Assembly: GCA_902773325.1 (NCBI GenBank)
Contig: CACYDW010000173.1
Coordinates: 11,315-75,314 of the forward strand
DNA length: 64,000 bases
Direction of reading: 5' to 3'
Source: an uncultured Ruminococcus sp.
Lineage (GTDB): Bacteria; Bacillota; Clostridia; Oscillospirales; Acutalibacteraceae
Shown: positions 9,235-18,352 of the stretch, piece after piece
Position numbering within the stretch: the stretch's first letter is position 1
How the letters are laid out: each line of letters begins with the position of its first letter
Translations under genes and position numbers: made by a program
The notes under the pieces: generated by a model
The model's database searches: none
What the model was told of the DNA's origin: nothing
The model's input: only the letters and a program-made list of their open reading frames with translations

Positions 9235-11593
9235 AATAACGGATTTAATGAAATCAAAAAGACTGTATTTCGACGGCGGTACAGGTACTGTACTGCAAAA
9301 AATGGGACTGCCCTCGGGTCAGCCGCCAGAGCTTTGGAATCTTATGGAGCCGCAAAAGATCATTTCACTGCATAAAGCGTACCTCGACGCGGGCTGCAAT
9401 ATTATCAAAACCAATACCTTCGGCATTAACCGCGATAAATACCCGAATTACCGCGAATTGATTCGTGCGGGTATAGACTGCGCAAAAAAAGCGGTAGAAA
9501 ACCGCAGTGAAAAATTTATTGCTTTTGACATGGGACCTACCGGAAGGCTTTTAGAACCGTTGGGTGACCTGCCGTTTGAAGAAGCGGTTTCGCTTTTTGC
9601 AGATAATGTCAGAGCTGCATCAGAGTGCGGCATTGATCTGATACTGATCGAAACCATGAATGACAGCTATGAAACGAAAGCGGCAGTGCTTGCGGCAAAA
9701 GAAAACGCTGATGTACCTGTTTTTGTGACAAATGTATATGATGCAGACGGCAAACTGATGACAGGAGCTGATCCGGCGGCAATGATTGCTGTGCTGGAGG
9801 GTCTGAAGGTGGATGCACTCGGCATGAACTGTTCGTTAGGTCCTGATATCATGCTGAATATTATCGGAGAATTCAGGAAATATGCTTCTGTGCCGGTCAT
9901 TGTGAATCCAAATGCGGGACTGCCGGAGATTCGTGACGGTGAAACCGTTTTCAATATAGATGAAGATGATTTTTCGGACTATATGGTCAGTCTTGCACAG
10001 CAGGGTGCTTCTATTCTTGGCGGCTGCTGCGGCACCACACCCGACTATATAGCAAAAACGATTGCGAAAACCCGGTCGATACCTTATGAATACCCAACTG
10101 CTAAACCCGTTACGATGGTTTCCTCCTATACACATGCAGTTATAATCGATGATGACCCGATCCTGATCGGAGAACGAATCAATCCGACAGGTAAGCCGAA
10201 GCTTAAAGAAGCATTGAAAAACGGCGACATGAATTATCTGCTGAATGAAGCAGTCAGGCAGACCGATGCGGGTGTGCATATCCTTGATGTGAATGTCGGA
10301 CTTCCTGAAATCAATGAAACAGAAATGATGGTGCAAAGTGTTTCGGCTATTCAGGCGATCAGTGATACGCCGCTGCAAATTGATTCCACCAATTTTGATA
10401 CACTTGCTGCCGCTATGAGAGTCTATAACGGTAAGCCCCTTGTAAACTCCGTGAACGGTACAGAAGAAAGCATGATACATGTATTTCCCATTGTCCAAAA
10501 GTACGGCGGCGCGCTGATCGCACTGACTATTGATGAGAAGGGTATTCCGGATTCTGCACAGGAAAGAGCAGAAATTGCCAAAAAAATCATTGTCCGCGCT
10601 GCAGAGTATGGTATTTCCAAAAAGGATATTATAGTTGACCCGCTTGCACTCACGATCTCGTCAAACCCTGAAAGTGCAAGGGTTACACTTGAGGCAGTCC
10701 GGCTCATACGCGCACTCGGTGTAAAAACCAGTCTGGGAATCTCCAATATTTCCTTTGGTCTGCCGCAGAGAAATCTGATAACCAGCACCTTTTATGCAAA
10801 CGCACTTCAAAACGGTCTGAATTGTGCCATCATGAATCCCTTTGCTGCTGAAATGATGAATACCTATTATGCTTACCGTGCGCTGAATCAGTTGGATAAC
10901 GGCTGTGTGGATTACATCCGGTATGCTTCGGCATCCGAACAGCCTGCGGCTGCTGCTTCTCAGCCCAAAACGGAAACGCTGCACACCTGTATCGTGAAGG
11001 GACTTAAAGACAGAGCCGCTGCACAGACGATCAGTCTTTTGGAAACGTCTGAACCTATTGATGTTATCAATCATCATATTATACCCGCTCTGAACGAGAT
11101 CGGCACTGCCTTTGAACAAAAAAAAGCCTATCTGCCGCAGCTTCTGATGAGTGCCGAAACCGCTTCTGTTGCTTTTGAAGAGGTCAAGAAGAAAATACCG
11201 GTTGAACAAAAGGACAGCAGCAAGGCCATCGTTTTAGCAACCGTCAAGGGTGATATACATGATATCGGCAAAAATATCGTCAAGGTCCTGATGGAAAGCT
11301 ATGGCTTTACGGTGTATGATCTTGGCAGAGATGTTGCACCCGAAACAATACGCGACTGCGCTCTGGAGCATAACTGTATGCTTGTAGGGCTTAGTGCGCT
11401 TATGACAACAACAGTGCCGTCTATGGAGGAAACCATCAGATTGCTCCATGAAACGGATCCGGCTATCAAAACTCTTGTTGGCGGAGCGGTGCTGAATCAG
11501 GAATATGCGGATATGATCGGTGCGGATTTTTATGGGGCAGATGCCATGGACAGTGTAAGGTTCGCCGAGCGGTATTATAGCGGCCGTACCTGA
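9227..11593 (+). CDS. metH: Cobalamin-dependent methionine synthase core (Hcy-binding, pterin-binding and B12-binding modules)
   Basis: The homocysteine S-methyltransferase N-terminus ends with 'LGGCCGTTP'. The pterin-binding region contains 'INPTGKPKL' and 'SLGISNISFGLP'. The B12 loop is 'GDIHDIGKNIV' (DxHxxG). It overlaps the upstream gene by 8 nt. Confidence 0.9.
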   Translation: MNKITDLMKSKRLYFDGGTGTVLQKMGLPSGQPPELWNLMEPQKIISLHKAYLDAGCNIIKTNTFGINRDKYPNYRELIRAGIDCAKKAVENRSEKFIAFDMGPTGRLLEPLGDLPFEEAVSLFADNVRAASECGIDLILIETMNDSYETKAAVLAAKENADVPVFVTNVYDADGKLMTGADPAAMIAVLEGLKVDALGMNCSLGPDIMLNIIGEFRKYASVPVIVNPNAGLPEIRDGETVFNIDEDDFSDYMVSLAQQGASILGGCCGTTPDYIAKTIAKTRSIPYEYPTAKPVTMVSSYTHAVIIDDDPILIGERINPTGKPKLKEALKNGDMNYLLNEAVRQTDAGVHILDVNVGLPEINETEMMVQSVSAIQAISDTPLQIDSTNFDTLAAAMRVYNGKPLVNSVNGTEESMIHVFPIVQKYGGALIALTIDEKGIPDSAQERAEIAKKIIVRAAEYGISKKDIIVDPLALTISSNPESARVTLEAVRLIRALGVKTSLGISNISFGLPQRNLITSTFYANALQNGLNCAIMNPFAAEMMNTYYAYRALNQLDNGCVDYIRYASASEQPAAAASQPKTETLHTCIVKGLKDRAAAQTISLLETSEPIDVINHHIIPALNEIGTAFEQKKAYLPQLLMSAETASVAFEEVKKKIPVEQKDSSKAIVLATVKGDIHDIGKNIVKVLMESYGFTVYDLGRDVAPETIRDCALEHNCMLVGLSALMTTTVPSMEETIRLLHETDPAIKTLVGGAVLNQEYADMIGADFYGADAMDSVRFAERYYSGRT

Positions 11594-11675
11594 CAGCGGT
11601 TATCATATCGGGCACTCCGTTTTCATAAACATTATCAAAACACATCGGATAAAACAAACGGTGGGAGCGATGTTT

Positions 11676-12317
11676 ATGAAAAGGATCATCTATTCCAATA
11701 CGATAGGGAAGAAGTTGCATTTTCTGAGGTGGGATTTCAAGCGGTATGTACCGCTTATTGCCTTGACATTTTTATTGTTTTGCGGTATTGTTTTTGGTGC
11801 TGTCAGTGCCAGAAATGTTGATAAGAGATTTATTGATGAGTTTGATTTTATTTTCAGAGCGAATTATGATATAAAGGCTTCACAAGGTCTGTTATCCGTT
11901 TTTGTTGCCTCACTTGCTTCTTCCGGTATTTTTTTAGCGGTTTTGTTTTTATTCGGATTATCGCTCTGGACGCTGCCGTTTACGGTTATGATCCCGTTCT
12001 GTAAGGGCTACGGTTATGGACTGTGCGTAGGGCTGCTGTATCAGCTATACGGTATGAACGGAATCCTGTATAATATACTGATTGTCCTTCCGGGTGTGTT
12101 TGTGACCTCTGCGATATTGATCAAGGCATCAGAAACAGCAGCAAAAAATACCTGTAAGATGATTCTCTGCTTTGTTCGTTCTGCGGTCAGAGATGACCCG
12201 CATTTACAGATGAAAAGATACTTTTTGAACATGCTCTGGCTGCTTGGCGGCTGTATAGCGGCAGCAGTGCTGGATATGTTGTTTTCATTGCTGTTTTCAT
12301 GGATATTTGCGTTATGA
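11676..12317 (+). CDS. spoIIM: Stage II sporulation protein M-like membrane protein
   Basis: It is about 213 aa and polytopic. 'FLLFCGIVFGAV', the later 'IVLPGVF' pattern, and its size resemble SpoIIM. A GGTGGGAG RBS precedes the ATG at 11676. Confidence 0.55.
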   Translation: MKRIIYSNTIGKKLHFLRWDFKRYVPLIALTFLLFCGIVFGAVSARNVDKRFIDEFDFIFRANYDIKASQGLLSVFVASLASSGIFLAVLFLFGLSLWTLPFTVMIPFCKGYGYGLCVGLLYQLYGMNGILYNILIVLPGVFVTSAILIKASETAAKNTCKMILCFVRSAVRDDPHLQMKRYFLNMLWLLGGCIAAAVLDMLFSLLFSWIFAL

Positions 12318-12363
12318 TTACGGGTGTCCGCTGTCCGGTGACAGAAGGATAACTTGATTCGGG

Positions 12364-13281
12364 ATGTGTGTAATTGTGTCGGAATTAAAAAAGGACAAAT
12401 ATAGTTTTTCTGCATTTTTTTCAGGTTATTTCAATAGCTTTTCAAAGCTGCTGCTGGTCAATCTGTTATTCTGCATTCCCCTTGCGATATGGGTGGGAGG
12501 ACTTTTTCTGCTGAACGGCCTGCTGGGGGAACTGAGTATTTTTTTGATCTGTATGCTCATTCCGCTCATGTCGCCGTTTTTCGGAGGACTTGTCTATGTC
12601 TGTAAAAAGCTTAGTGCAGGAGATACGATCAGACCTTTTAAAGACTATTTCAAAGGAATAAAAGACAACTGGCTGTTTTTTGCAGTCAATTCCATACTTC
12701 TTTACTTTGTTTCTGTAGGCTTGTGGGTCGTATATTATTTTTATCGAGGCTTTCCGCAGGAGCTTTCTGTAACGGTCTATTTTGCCTTTAGTGCTGTGAC
12801 AGCTCTCATCTTTTTTTTGATGGACTCCTCAGCTATTGTGATGGCGGTTTCGGTAGAACTGAAATTTACTGAGATCATCAGAAACTCCCTGCTTTTGATT
12901 GTCAAGGGATTCACAAATCATCTTAAAACCTTTGTGGCATTACTGTTCGTTCTGTGCTTATGTCTTTCGGTCATGATGACGACCGGCAACGCGGTCGTGT
13001 CGCTGACTATTATGGGGGTTCTTACAGCGGCAGTGCTTCCGGTTCTTGTAACTTACATTATCGTTTTCAATTCCTATCAGACAATTGAGCGTCTTGTGAT
13101 CATGCCATATACAACTCAGCAGAATGATCAGCACGAAAAGAAAGAAATTACATTAGAGGAGCTGGAAAAGCTGATCAAGGGCGATCCGAACGAGTATGTG
13201 TATCTTCATGGAAAGATGATCAAACGGTCAAGTGCTGTCAAAATGTATGAGGTCAAAAAGGCTTCTTCAGAGGACGCGTGA
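12364..13281 (+). CDS. Polytopic membrane protein, YesL/DUF624-like
   Basis: The N-terminus 'FFSGYFNSFSKLLLVNLLFCIPLAIW' is typical of DUF624. Several TM helices follow, and the tail is charged and soluble. Confidence 0.45.
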   Translation: MCVIVSELKKDKYSFSAFFSGYFNSFSKLLLVNLLFCIPLAIWVGGLFLLNGLLGELSIFLICMLIPLMSPFFGGLVYVCKKLSAGDTIRPFKDYFKGIKDNWLFFAVNSILLYFVSVGLWVVYYFYRGFPQELSVTVYFAFSAVTALIFFLMDSSAIVMAVSVELKFTEIIRNSLLLIVKGFTNHLKTFVALLFVLCLCLSVMMTTGNAVVSLTIMGVLTAAVLPVLVTYIIVFNSYQTIERLVIMPYTTQQNDQHEKKEITLEELEKLIKGDPNEYVYLHGKMIKRSSAVKMYEVKKASSEDA

Positions 13282-13315
13282 AATGCATACAGCAGGGGTG
13301 AAAATCCAAATAAAG

Positions 13316-13358
13316 CAGCCGGCACAAAGAAAACGTTTTGTGCCGGCTGTGCTGTTTT
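13316..13358. terminator. Bidirectional terminator hairpin
   Basis: cagccggcacaaa / tttgtgccggctg forms a 13-bp stem. It is flanked by T-rich runs in both directions and lies between convergent stops at 13281 and 13361. Confidence 0.65.
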
Positions 13359-13360
13359 GG

Positions 13361-14149
13361 TTACATGGCATTTCTGATCTTCATCAGCGTGTTTTTTTCA
13401 AGCCGTGATACCTGTGCCTGACTGATGCCGATTTCTTCGGCGACCTCTGTTTGTGTTTTTCCTTTATAGTATCGCAGTGCAAGAATTTGTTTTTCCCGTA
13501 TACTGAGGGATTTGACGGCATCCTTGAGTGCAAGCTCGCTGAGCCATTTTTCGTCATCGTCAGAACTGCCGATCTGATCCATCACGTAGATGGTGTCTGT
13601 ACCATCGGAAAAAACAGGTTCATACAGCGAAATCGGTTCAACGATGGATTCAAGAGCTATGACGACATTTTCTTTCGGAATATCAAGCTCCTGAGCAATT
13701 TGCTCAATTGTAGGTTCACGGTTGTTGCGTGTAGTAAGCTCCTCCTTTATCTGCATGGCACGATAGGCAATATCGCGCATGGAACGGCTCACCTTGACGG
13801 TATTGTAATCCCGCAGATGTCGTCTGACCTCTCCTATGATCATCGGAACACCGTAGGTGGAAAATTTCACATCTTTTTCACAGTCAAAGTTGTCGATCGC
13901 CTTGATCAGACCAATGCAGCCCACCTGAAATAAATCGTCCGGATTTTCACCTCTGCCTGCGAATTTTTGTATCACACTCAGAACAAGCCGTAGATTGCCG
14001 TTGATCATTTCATCTCTGGCAGCTTTCTTTTGCTGATCTGTACCGTTTTTTATGATCATCAGAAGCTGCTGCTTGCGTTCTTCGGATAGAACAGGCAGCT
14101 TTGAAGTATTTACGCCGCATATTTCGACCTTGTTGTATAACACCTTCAT
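13361..14149 (-). CDS. sigG: Sporulation sigma factor SigG (forespore, late)
   Basis: 'NKVEICGVNTSKLPVL', 'INGNLRLVLSVIQKF', 'DLFQVGCIGLIKAIDNFD' and 'KFSTYGVPMIIGEVRRHLRD' closely follow the SigG signature regions. Confidence 0.85.
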   Translation of the reverse strand: MKVLYNKVEICGVNTSKLPVLSEERKQQLLMIIKNGTDQQKKAARDEMINGNLRLVLSVIQKFAGRGENPDDLFQVGCIGLIKAIDNFDCEKDVKFSTYGVPMIIGEVRRHLRDYNTVKVSRSMRDIAYRAMQIKEELTTRNNREPTIEQIAQELDIPKENVVIALESIVEPISLYEPVFSDGTDTIYVMDQIGSSDDDEKWLSELALKDAVKSLSIREKQILALRYYKGKTQTEVAEEIGISQAQVSRLEKNTLMKIRNAM

Positions 14150-14173
14150 ACCTCCATTTCTTTTTGCTGAGAA

Positions 14174-14202
14174 TAGTATTGTCTTTTGAGAAATGCTTAT
14201 GC
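14174..14202 (-). promoter_or_regulatory. Forespore-type (SigF/SigG-like) promoter candidate upstream of sigG
   Basis: The minus strand reads GCATA, then about 17 nt, then AATACTA. This resembles the GnATA / CATAnTA forespore promoter pattern and lies about 25 nt before the sigG RBS. The match is weak. Confidence 0.25.
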
Positions 14203-14237
14203 AGCCGAAAAGAAATATGGACAGATGATGAAGGCAT

Positions 14238-14278
14238 AAAAACAGAAAAAAGCAGCCGATACAAAAGTACCGACTGCT
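14238..14278 (-). terminator. Rho-independent terminator after the ferredoxin gene
   Basis: The minus strand has AGCAGUCGGU / AUCGGCUGCU as a 10-bp stem with two G-U pairs, followed by UUUUUUCUGUUUUU. Confidence 0.6.
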
Positions 14279-14302
14279 ATTGTGGTCAGACGATGTTCAA
14301 AA

Positions 14303-14473
14303 TCAGCCCTCTGACGGAGCACCAACAGGGCAAACACCTGCGCAGGAACCGCAGTCGATGCAAACATCAGGGTTGATCTCATACTGAGAATCGCCCTCAG
14401 AAATAGCGCCTACAGGGCACTCGCCTGCACATGCACCGCAAGAAATGCAATCTTCTGAAATTTTATAAGCCAT
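14303..14473 (-). CDS. fdx: Clostridial-type 2x[4Fe-4S] ferredoxin (56 aa; too short for the ORF track)
   Basis: Hand translation gives MAYKISEDCISCGACAGECPVGAISEGDSQYEINPDVCIDCGSCAGVCPVGAPSEG*. It has two CxxCxxCxxxCP motifs, an AAGGAGG RBS 8 nt upstream, and its own terminator. Confidence 0.9.
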   Translation of the reverse strand: MAYKISEDCISCGACAGECPVGAISEGDSQYEINPDVCIDCGSCAGVCPVGAPSEG

Positions 14474-14820
14474 AATTACAGCCTCCTTGTTGATTTATTG
14501 AATATATTATAGCATTTTATAAAAAAAAATCAATGCTTTTCTGTTAGATTAAGTTTGTCTAACCTGTAAATAAATATAGGAAAAATTGTAGCAAATTGAC
14601 TATATTATTGCTGTAAAATTCATAGAGTGATTTTAAGATTCTCATGCCGTAAAAACAGACTTTTGTGTGCAAACAAAAACCGGATAAAACTCCTTTACGA
14701 AATTGACGCTGTATGCTATAATAATCATGTACCGACTTTCGACACAACAGCGGTGTATGGTTTTTTTCAGGATTCTGCCGAAGTGTCGTTCGATCATTTA
14801 GTAATATGGGAGGAACAATC

Positions 14821-15564
14821 ATGCTGAAGGACGGAGAAAAGCTTGAACCTCTTGGAAACGGCATAAGGGTTATTGTATCGCTGAACCATGTGTTTGGAAC
14901 AGATACCGTACTGCTTGCACATTTTTCTGCACCGCGAAAAAACGACAAGGCTTGCGAATTGGGAACGGGCTGCGGTGCGATTCCGCTGATCTGGCGCAGA
15001 GAGCGTGTTCCTGCTCATGTTACTGCCGTAGAAATACAGGAGGAAGCCTGTTCCATGCTGGAAAGAAGTATTGCTCTCAACTCGCAGGAGGAATATATTT
15101 CGGTGCTTCACAGTGATTTGCGGGAGCTTGACGGCAAGCTGATGCCTTCCTCCTTTGATCTTGTGGTGTCGAATCCGCCTTATAAAGCAGAGGGAACAGG
15201 CATCGTCAACCCACAGCAGTCACACAGAATAGCCCGTCATGAAACCCTGTGTACGATGGAGGATATTATCTGCGCGGCATCACGTTTGCTGAATTTTTCC
15301 GGCAGATTGTGTATGTGTCAGCGTCCGGAACGCCTCAGTGATATGATCACCCTCATGCGGAAATATGCGGTTGAACCCAAGCGTATACGCTTTGTGCAGC
15401 AGCGGGCAGCAAAAGCACCAAAGCTGGTGCTTATAGAGGGAAAACGAGGCGGCAGACCCAACGGTCTGGTCGCGGAACCGGTGCTGCTGATTGAAAATGA
15501 AGGCGGTACGCTTTCTGATGAAATGATTAAGATATACGGAGCATACAAGGAGGCATATCTTTGA
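14821..15564 (+). CDS. SAM-dependent N6-adenine methyltransferase (tRNA1(Val) m6A37 TrmN6/YfiC-like)
   Basis: 'ACELGTGCGAIPL' is the SAM-binding motif and 'VVSNPPYK' is the NPPY catalytic motif. The start at 14821 follows a GGGAGG RBS. Confidence 0.7.
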   Translation: MLKDGEKLEPLGNGIRVIVSLNHVFGTDTVLLAHFSAPRKNDKACELGTGCGAIPLIWRRERVPAHVTAVEIQEEACSMLERSIALNSQEEYISVLHSDLRELDGKLMPSSFDLVVSNPPYKAEGTGIVNPQQSHRIARHETLCTMEDIICAASRLLNFSGRLCMCQRPERLSDMITLMRKYAVEPKRIRFVQQRAAKAPKLVLIEGKRGGRPNGLVAEPVLLIENEGGTLSDEMIKIYGAYKEAYL

Positions 15565-16406
15565 ATATGAGCGGTAAACTGTACGTTGTTGGCACGCCGA
15601 TCGGCAATCTGTCCGATTTTTCGCCACGTGCGATCGAAACACTTTCATCGGTTGATTTTGTAGCGGCGGAGGATACAAGGGTCACGATCAAGCTGCTGAA
15701 CAGATTCAATATCAAAACCCCTATGCTTAGTTATCATAAATACAATACGATCGAACGCGGTGATGAGATCTGCCGCCGTATTCTGGCGGGAGAGAATTGT
15801 GCGATCGTGACCGATGCGGGTATGCCGTGCATTTCGGATCCCGGTGAACAGTTGATCCGGCTGTGTGCTCAGAACAATATCACGGTCTGTGTTGTACCCG
15901 GTCCCACTGCACTGGCATCAGCACTGGCAGTTTCGGGACTGCCCACAGGAAGGTTTGCTTTTGAGGGGTTCCTGAGCGTCAATAAGCCAAGCCGCCGTGA
16001 GCATCTGCTGTCACTTGTCAATGAACCGCGCACGATGATTTTTTATGAAGCTCCTCATAAGCTCTCGGCAACTCTGAAGGATATGTACAAAGCATTCGGA
16101 AACAGAAAAATATCCATTGTCCGTGAGCTTACCAAAGTACATGAGGAGATTATCAGAACCACGCTGGAACGTGCATCAGAGGATTATGCAGACGACAGCA
16201 TCAAGGGAGAGATTGTGCTTGTGATCGAGGGCGCTCCAAGACCGGAAGAACCCGATAATACACTGGAATATGCAGTTGCTCTTGCCAGAACACTCATTGA
16301 AAAAGGCGCTTCAAGCTCAGATGCCGCCAAGGAAAGTGCAAAACTTACCGGCTTCAAAAAGGGCGATATATACAAGCTGTTGTTGGATCATGATCAAGAA
16401 TCATAA
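15561..16406 (+). CDS. rsmI: 16S rRNA (cytidine1402-2'-O)-methyltransferase
   Basis: 'KLYVVGTPIGNLSDFSPRAIETL..VDFVAAEDTR' and 'FYEAPHKL' are the RsmI tetrapyrrole-methylase-fold signatures. Confidence 0.9.
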   Translation: MNMSGKLYVVGTPIGNLSDFSPRAIETLSSVDFVAAEDTRVTIKLLNRFNIKTPMLSYHKYNTIERGDEICRRILAGENCAIVTDAGMPCISDPGEQLIRLCAQNNITVCVVPGPTALASALAVSGLPTGRFAFEGFLSVNKPSRREHLLSLVNEPRTMIFYEAPHKLSATLKDMYKAFGNRKISIVRELTKVHEEIIRTTLERASEDYADDSIKGEIVLVIEGAPRPEEPDNTLEYAVALARTLIEKGASSSDAAKESAKLTGFKKGDIYKLLLDHDQES

Positions 16407-16430
16407 AACTACTGAAAAGAGGAATTCAAA

Positions 16431-17033
16431 ATGGACGTAATACTTGCGTCAGCATCTCCCAGAAGAAAAGAGCTATTAACCAAGCTGTATGATGACTTTA
16501 AGGTCATACCGTCAGATATCCGTGAAATGGTGCCGAGAGATCTCGGTGTGGAGCAGTGTCCCGAATATCTGGCTTGCGTAAAGGCAGACAACATTTCCAA
16601 AGGAAGGGAACGATGTCTGGTGATCGGCTGCGATACATCCGTTGTGATTGACGGAAAAATACTCAATAAGCCCAGAAGCACCAATGATGCCCGTACCATG
16701 ATGGAGCTGCTTTCGGGCAGAGTACATCGTGTCATTACGGGCTGCTGCCTGTTTTATATGGAGCAGTTCAAGAGCTTTACAGAGGTTACGGAGGTGGAGT
16801 TTTATCCGCTGACGGAAGAGGAAATCGAAGAATACGTCAACTCCACCGAACCATACGATAAAGCGGGCGGCTACGGAATTCAAAGCAGGGGCGGCTTGTT
16901 CGTCAAGGGGATCAGGGGCGATTATTTCAACGTAGTTGGTTTGCCGGTAGCCCGATTGAAGCGTGAAATAGACGAATTCCTTGCACAGGATTTTGATGTT
17001 GACAACGCAAAGAAAAAAGAAAAAAATAAATAA
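16431..17033 (+). CDS. maf: Maf-family nucleoside triphosphate pyrophosphatase
   Basis: 'ILASASPRRKELL', 'KAGGYGIQ' and 'NVVGLP' are present. Confidence 0.9.
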   Translation: MDVILASASPRRKELLTKLYDDFKVIPSDIREMVPRDLGVEQCPEYLACVKADNISKGRERCLVIGCDTSVVIDGKILNKPRSTNDARTMMELLSGRVHRVITGCCLFYMEQFKSFTEVTEVEFYPLTEEEIEEYVNSTEPYDKAGGYGIQSRGGLFVKGIRGDYFNVVGLPVARLKREIDEFLAQDFDVDNAKKKEKNK

Positions 17034-17082
17034 ACCTCAAATATACTGCATCCTTCCGGCATATACATAAACAGAATATATT

Positions 17083-17112
17083 AAACTTCCTCGGAATCTT
17101 CCGAGGAAGTTT
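17083..17112 (+). terminator. Perfect hairpin after maf, immediately before the dac RBS
   Basis: aaacttcctcgg(aatctt)ccgaggaagttt is a 12-bp perfect stem followed by TTTATT. The GGAGGTG RBS of the next gene starts 5 nt later. Confidence 0.5.
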
Positions 17113-17126
17113 ATTGGAGGTGCGGT

Positions 17127-18269
17127 ATGAGGTTTATCAAGGTTTTATCGGTATTCATGTCGGCATTAACTGCCGTGCTGCTGTTTTCACCATGTGCTTA
17201 TGCCATATCAGAGAAAGAGCTTACAGCACCGTCTGCTGTTCTGATGGATGCTCAAACGGGTGCGGTATTGTTTGAAAAGAACAGTCATGAGGTCAGAGCA
17301 TGTGCCTCTATTACCAAGGTTATGACACTGATTCTGGTAATGGAGGCAATTGACAGCGGCAAGATCTCATGGAATGACATCGTCACGGCATCTGCCCATG
17401 CGGCATCAATGGGTGGTTCTGATATATGGCTTGAAGCGGGAGAAACCATGACGGTCGATGAAATGGTAAAAGCAACGATCGTTGCCAGTGCCAATGATGC
17501 TGCGGTGGCATTGGCAGAGCTTGTCAGCGGAACAGAAGACGCATTTGTTGCACAGATGAATGAAAAGGCAAAAGCACTCGGTATGAAGGAAACCGTGTTC
17601 AAAAACTGCAACGGACTGGATGAGGACGGTCATGTTACAAGTGCTTATGACGTTGCATTGATGTCGCGGGAGCTCCTCAGGCATCCGAAAATACTGGAAT
17701 ACAGCGGTATCTGGATGGATTATCTGCGCGGCGGAAAAACGCAGCTCGTTAATACCAATAAACTGCTCAAATCCTATAACGGAATTACAGGTCTGAAAAC
17801 AGGTACCACCTCGCAGGCCGGAAGCTGCATCAGCGCAACGGCACAGCGTGACGAATTAAGCCTCATTGCTGTTGTGTTAGGCTGTACCAACGGTAAAGAC
17901 CGGTTTGCAGATGCTGCGAAATTACTGGATTATGGCTTTGCGGATTATGCCATGTATTTACCGTCCGTTCCTGAAGAAGCTGTCATAGATATATCCGTAA
18001 GTAACGGAATGCATCCGACCGTAAGAACGGCATCGAAGGTAAATACGTCATTTCTGATCAAAAAGGGGAGTGACTCTGCCATTACCTCAGAGGTCATTCT
18101 GCCCGCAGAGGTTGAAGCCCCCATTGAAAAGGGGGAGGTGCTCGGCAAGCTGATTTATAAGCAAAACGGCAGGCAGATCGCAGAGTATCCCGTTACCGCT
18201 GCTGCATCGGTAGAGCAGATCAGCTTCTGGAAAATCTTCTGTATCATATTTTCTCATATAGCATCTTAA
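17127..18269 (+). CDS. D-alanyl-D-alanine carboxypeptidase (PBP5/DacF-like, S11)
   Basis: It has a signal peptide, the SxxK motif 'SITKVMT', the SxN motif 'SANDAA', 'KTGTT', and a C-terminal PBP5_C-like region. Confidence 0.85.
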   Translation: MRFIKVLSVFMSALTAVLLFSPCAYAISEKELTAPSAVLMDAQTGAVLFEKNSHEVRACASITKVMTLILVMEAIDSGKISWNDIVTASAHAASMGGSDIWLEAGETMTVDEMVKATIVASANDAAVALAELVSGTEDAFVAQMNEKAKALGMKETVFKNCNGLDEDGHVTSAYDVALMSRELLRHPKILEYSGIWMDYLRGGKTQLVNTNKLLKSYNGITGLKTGTTSQAGSCISATAQRDELSLIAVVLGCTNGKDRFADAAKLLDYGFADYAMYLPSVPEEAVIDISVSNGMHPTVRTASKVNTSFLIKKGSDSAITSEVILPAEVEAPIEKGEVLGKLIYKQNGRQIAEYPVTAAASVEQISFWKIFCIIFSHIAS

Positions 18270-18310
18270 AAAGCGGGTCACGACTCTACAAAGTGTCGTG
18301 ACCCGCTTTT
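18268..18310. terminator. Bidirectional terminator between convergent DD-carboxypeptidase genes
   Basis: gcgggtcacgac / gtcgtgacccgc is a 12-bp perfect stem, flanked by AAAAA on one side and TTTT on the other. Confidence 0.7.
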
Positions 18311-18352
18311 GGAAATAATGACGCGAAGAAATCATTCTTTGCTGTGTCTGTA

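Noticed and set aside
9836-10498. 220-aa minus-strand ORF
   Set aside because: It lies entirely antisense within metH, whose motifs are unambiguous. It has no RBS or recognisable motif, and its composition is typical of a shadow ORF.
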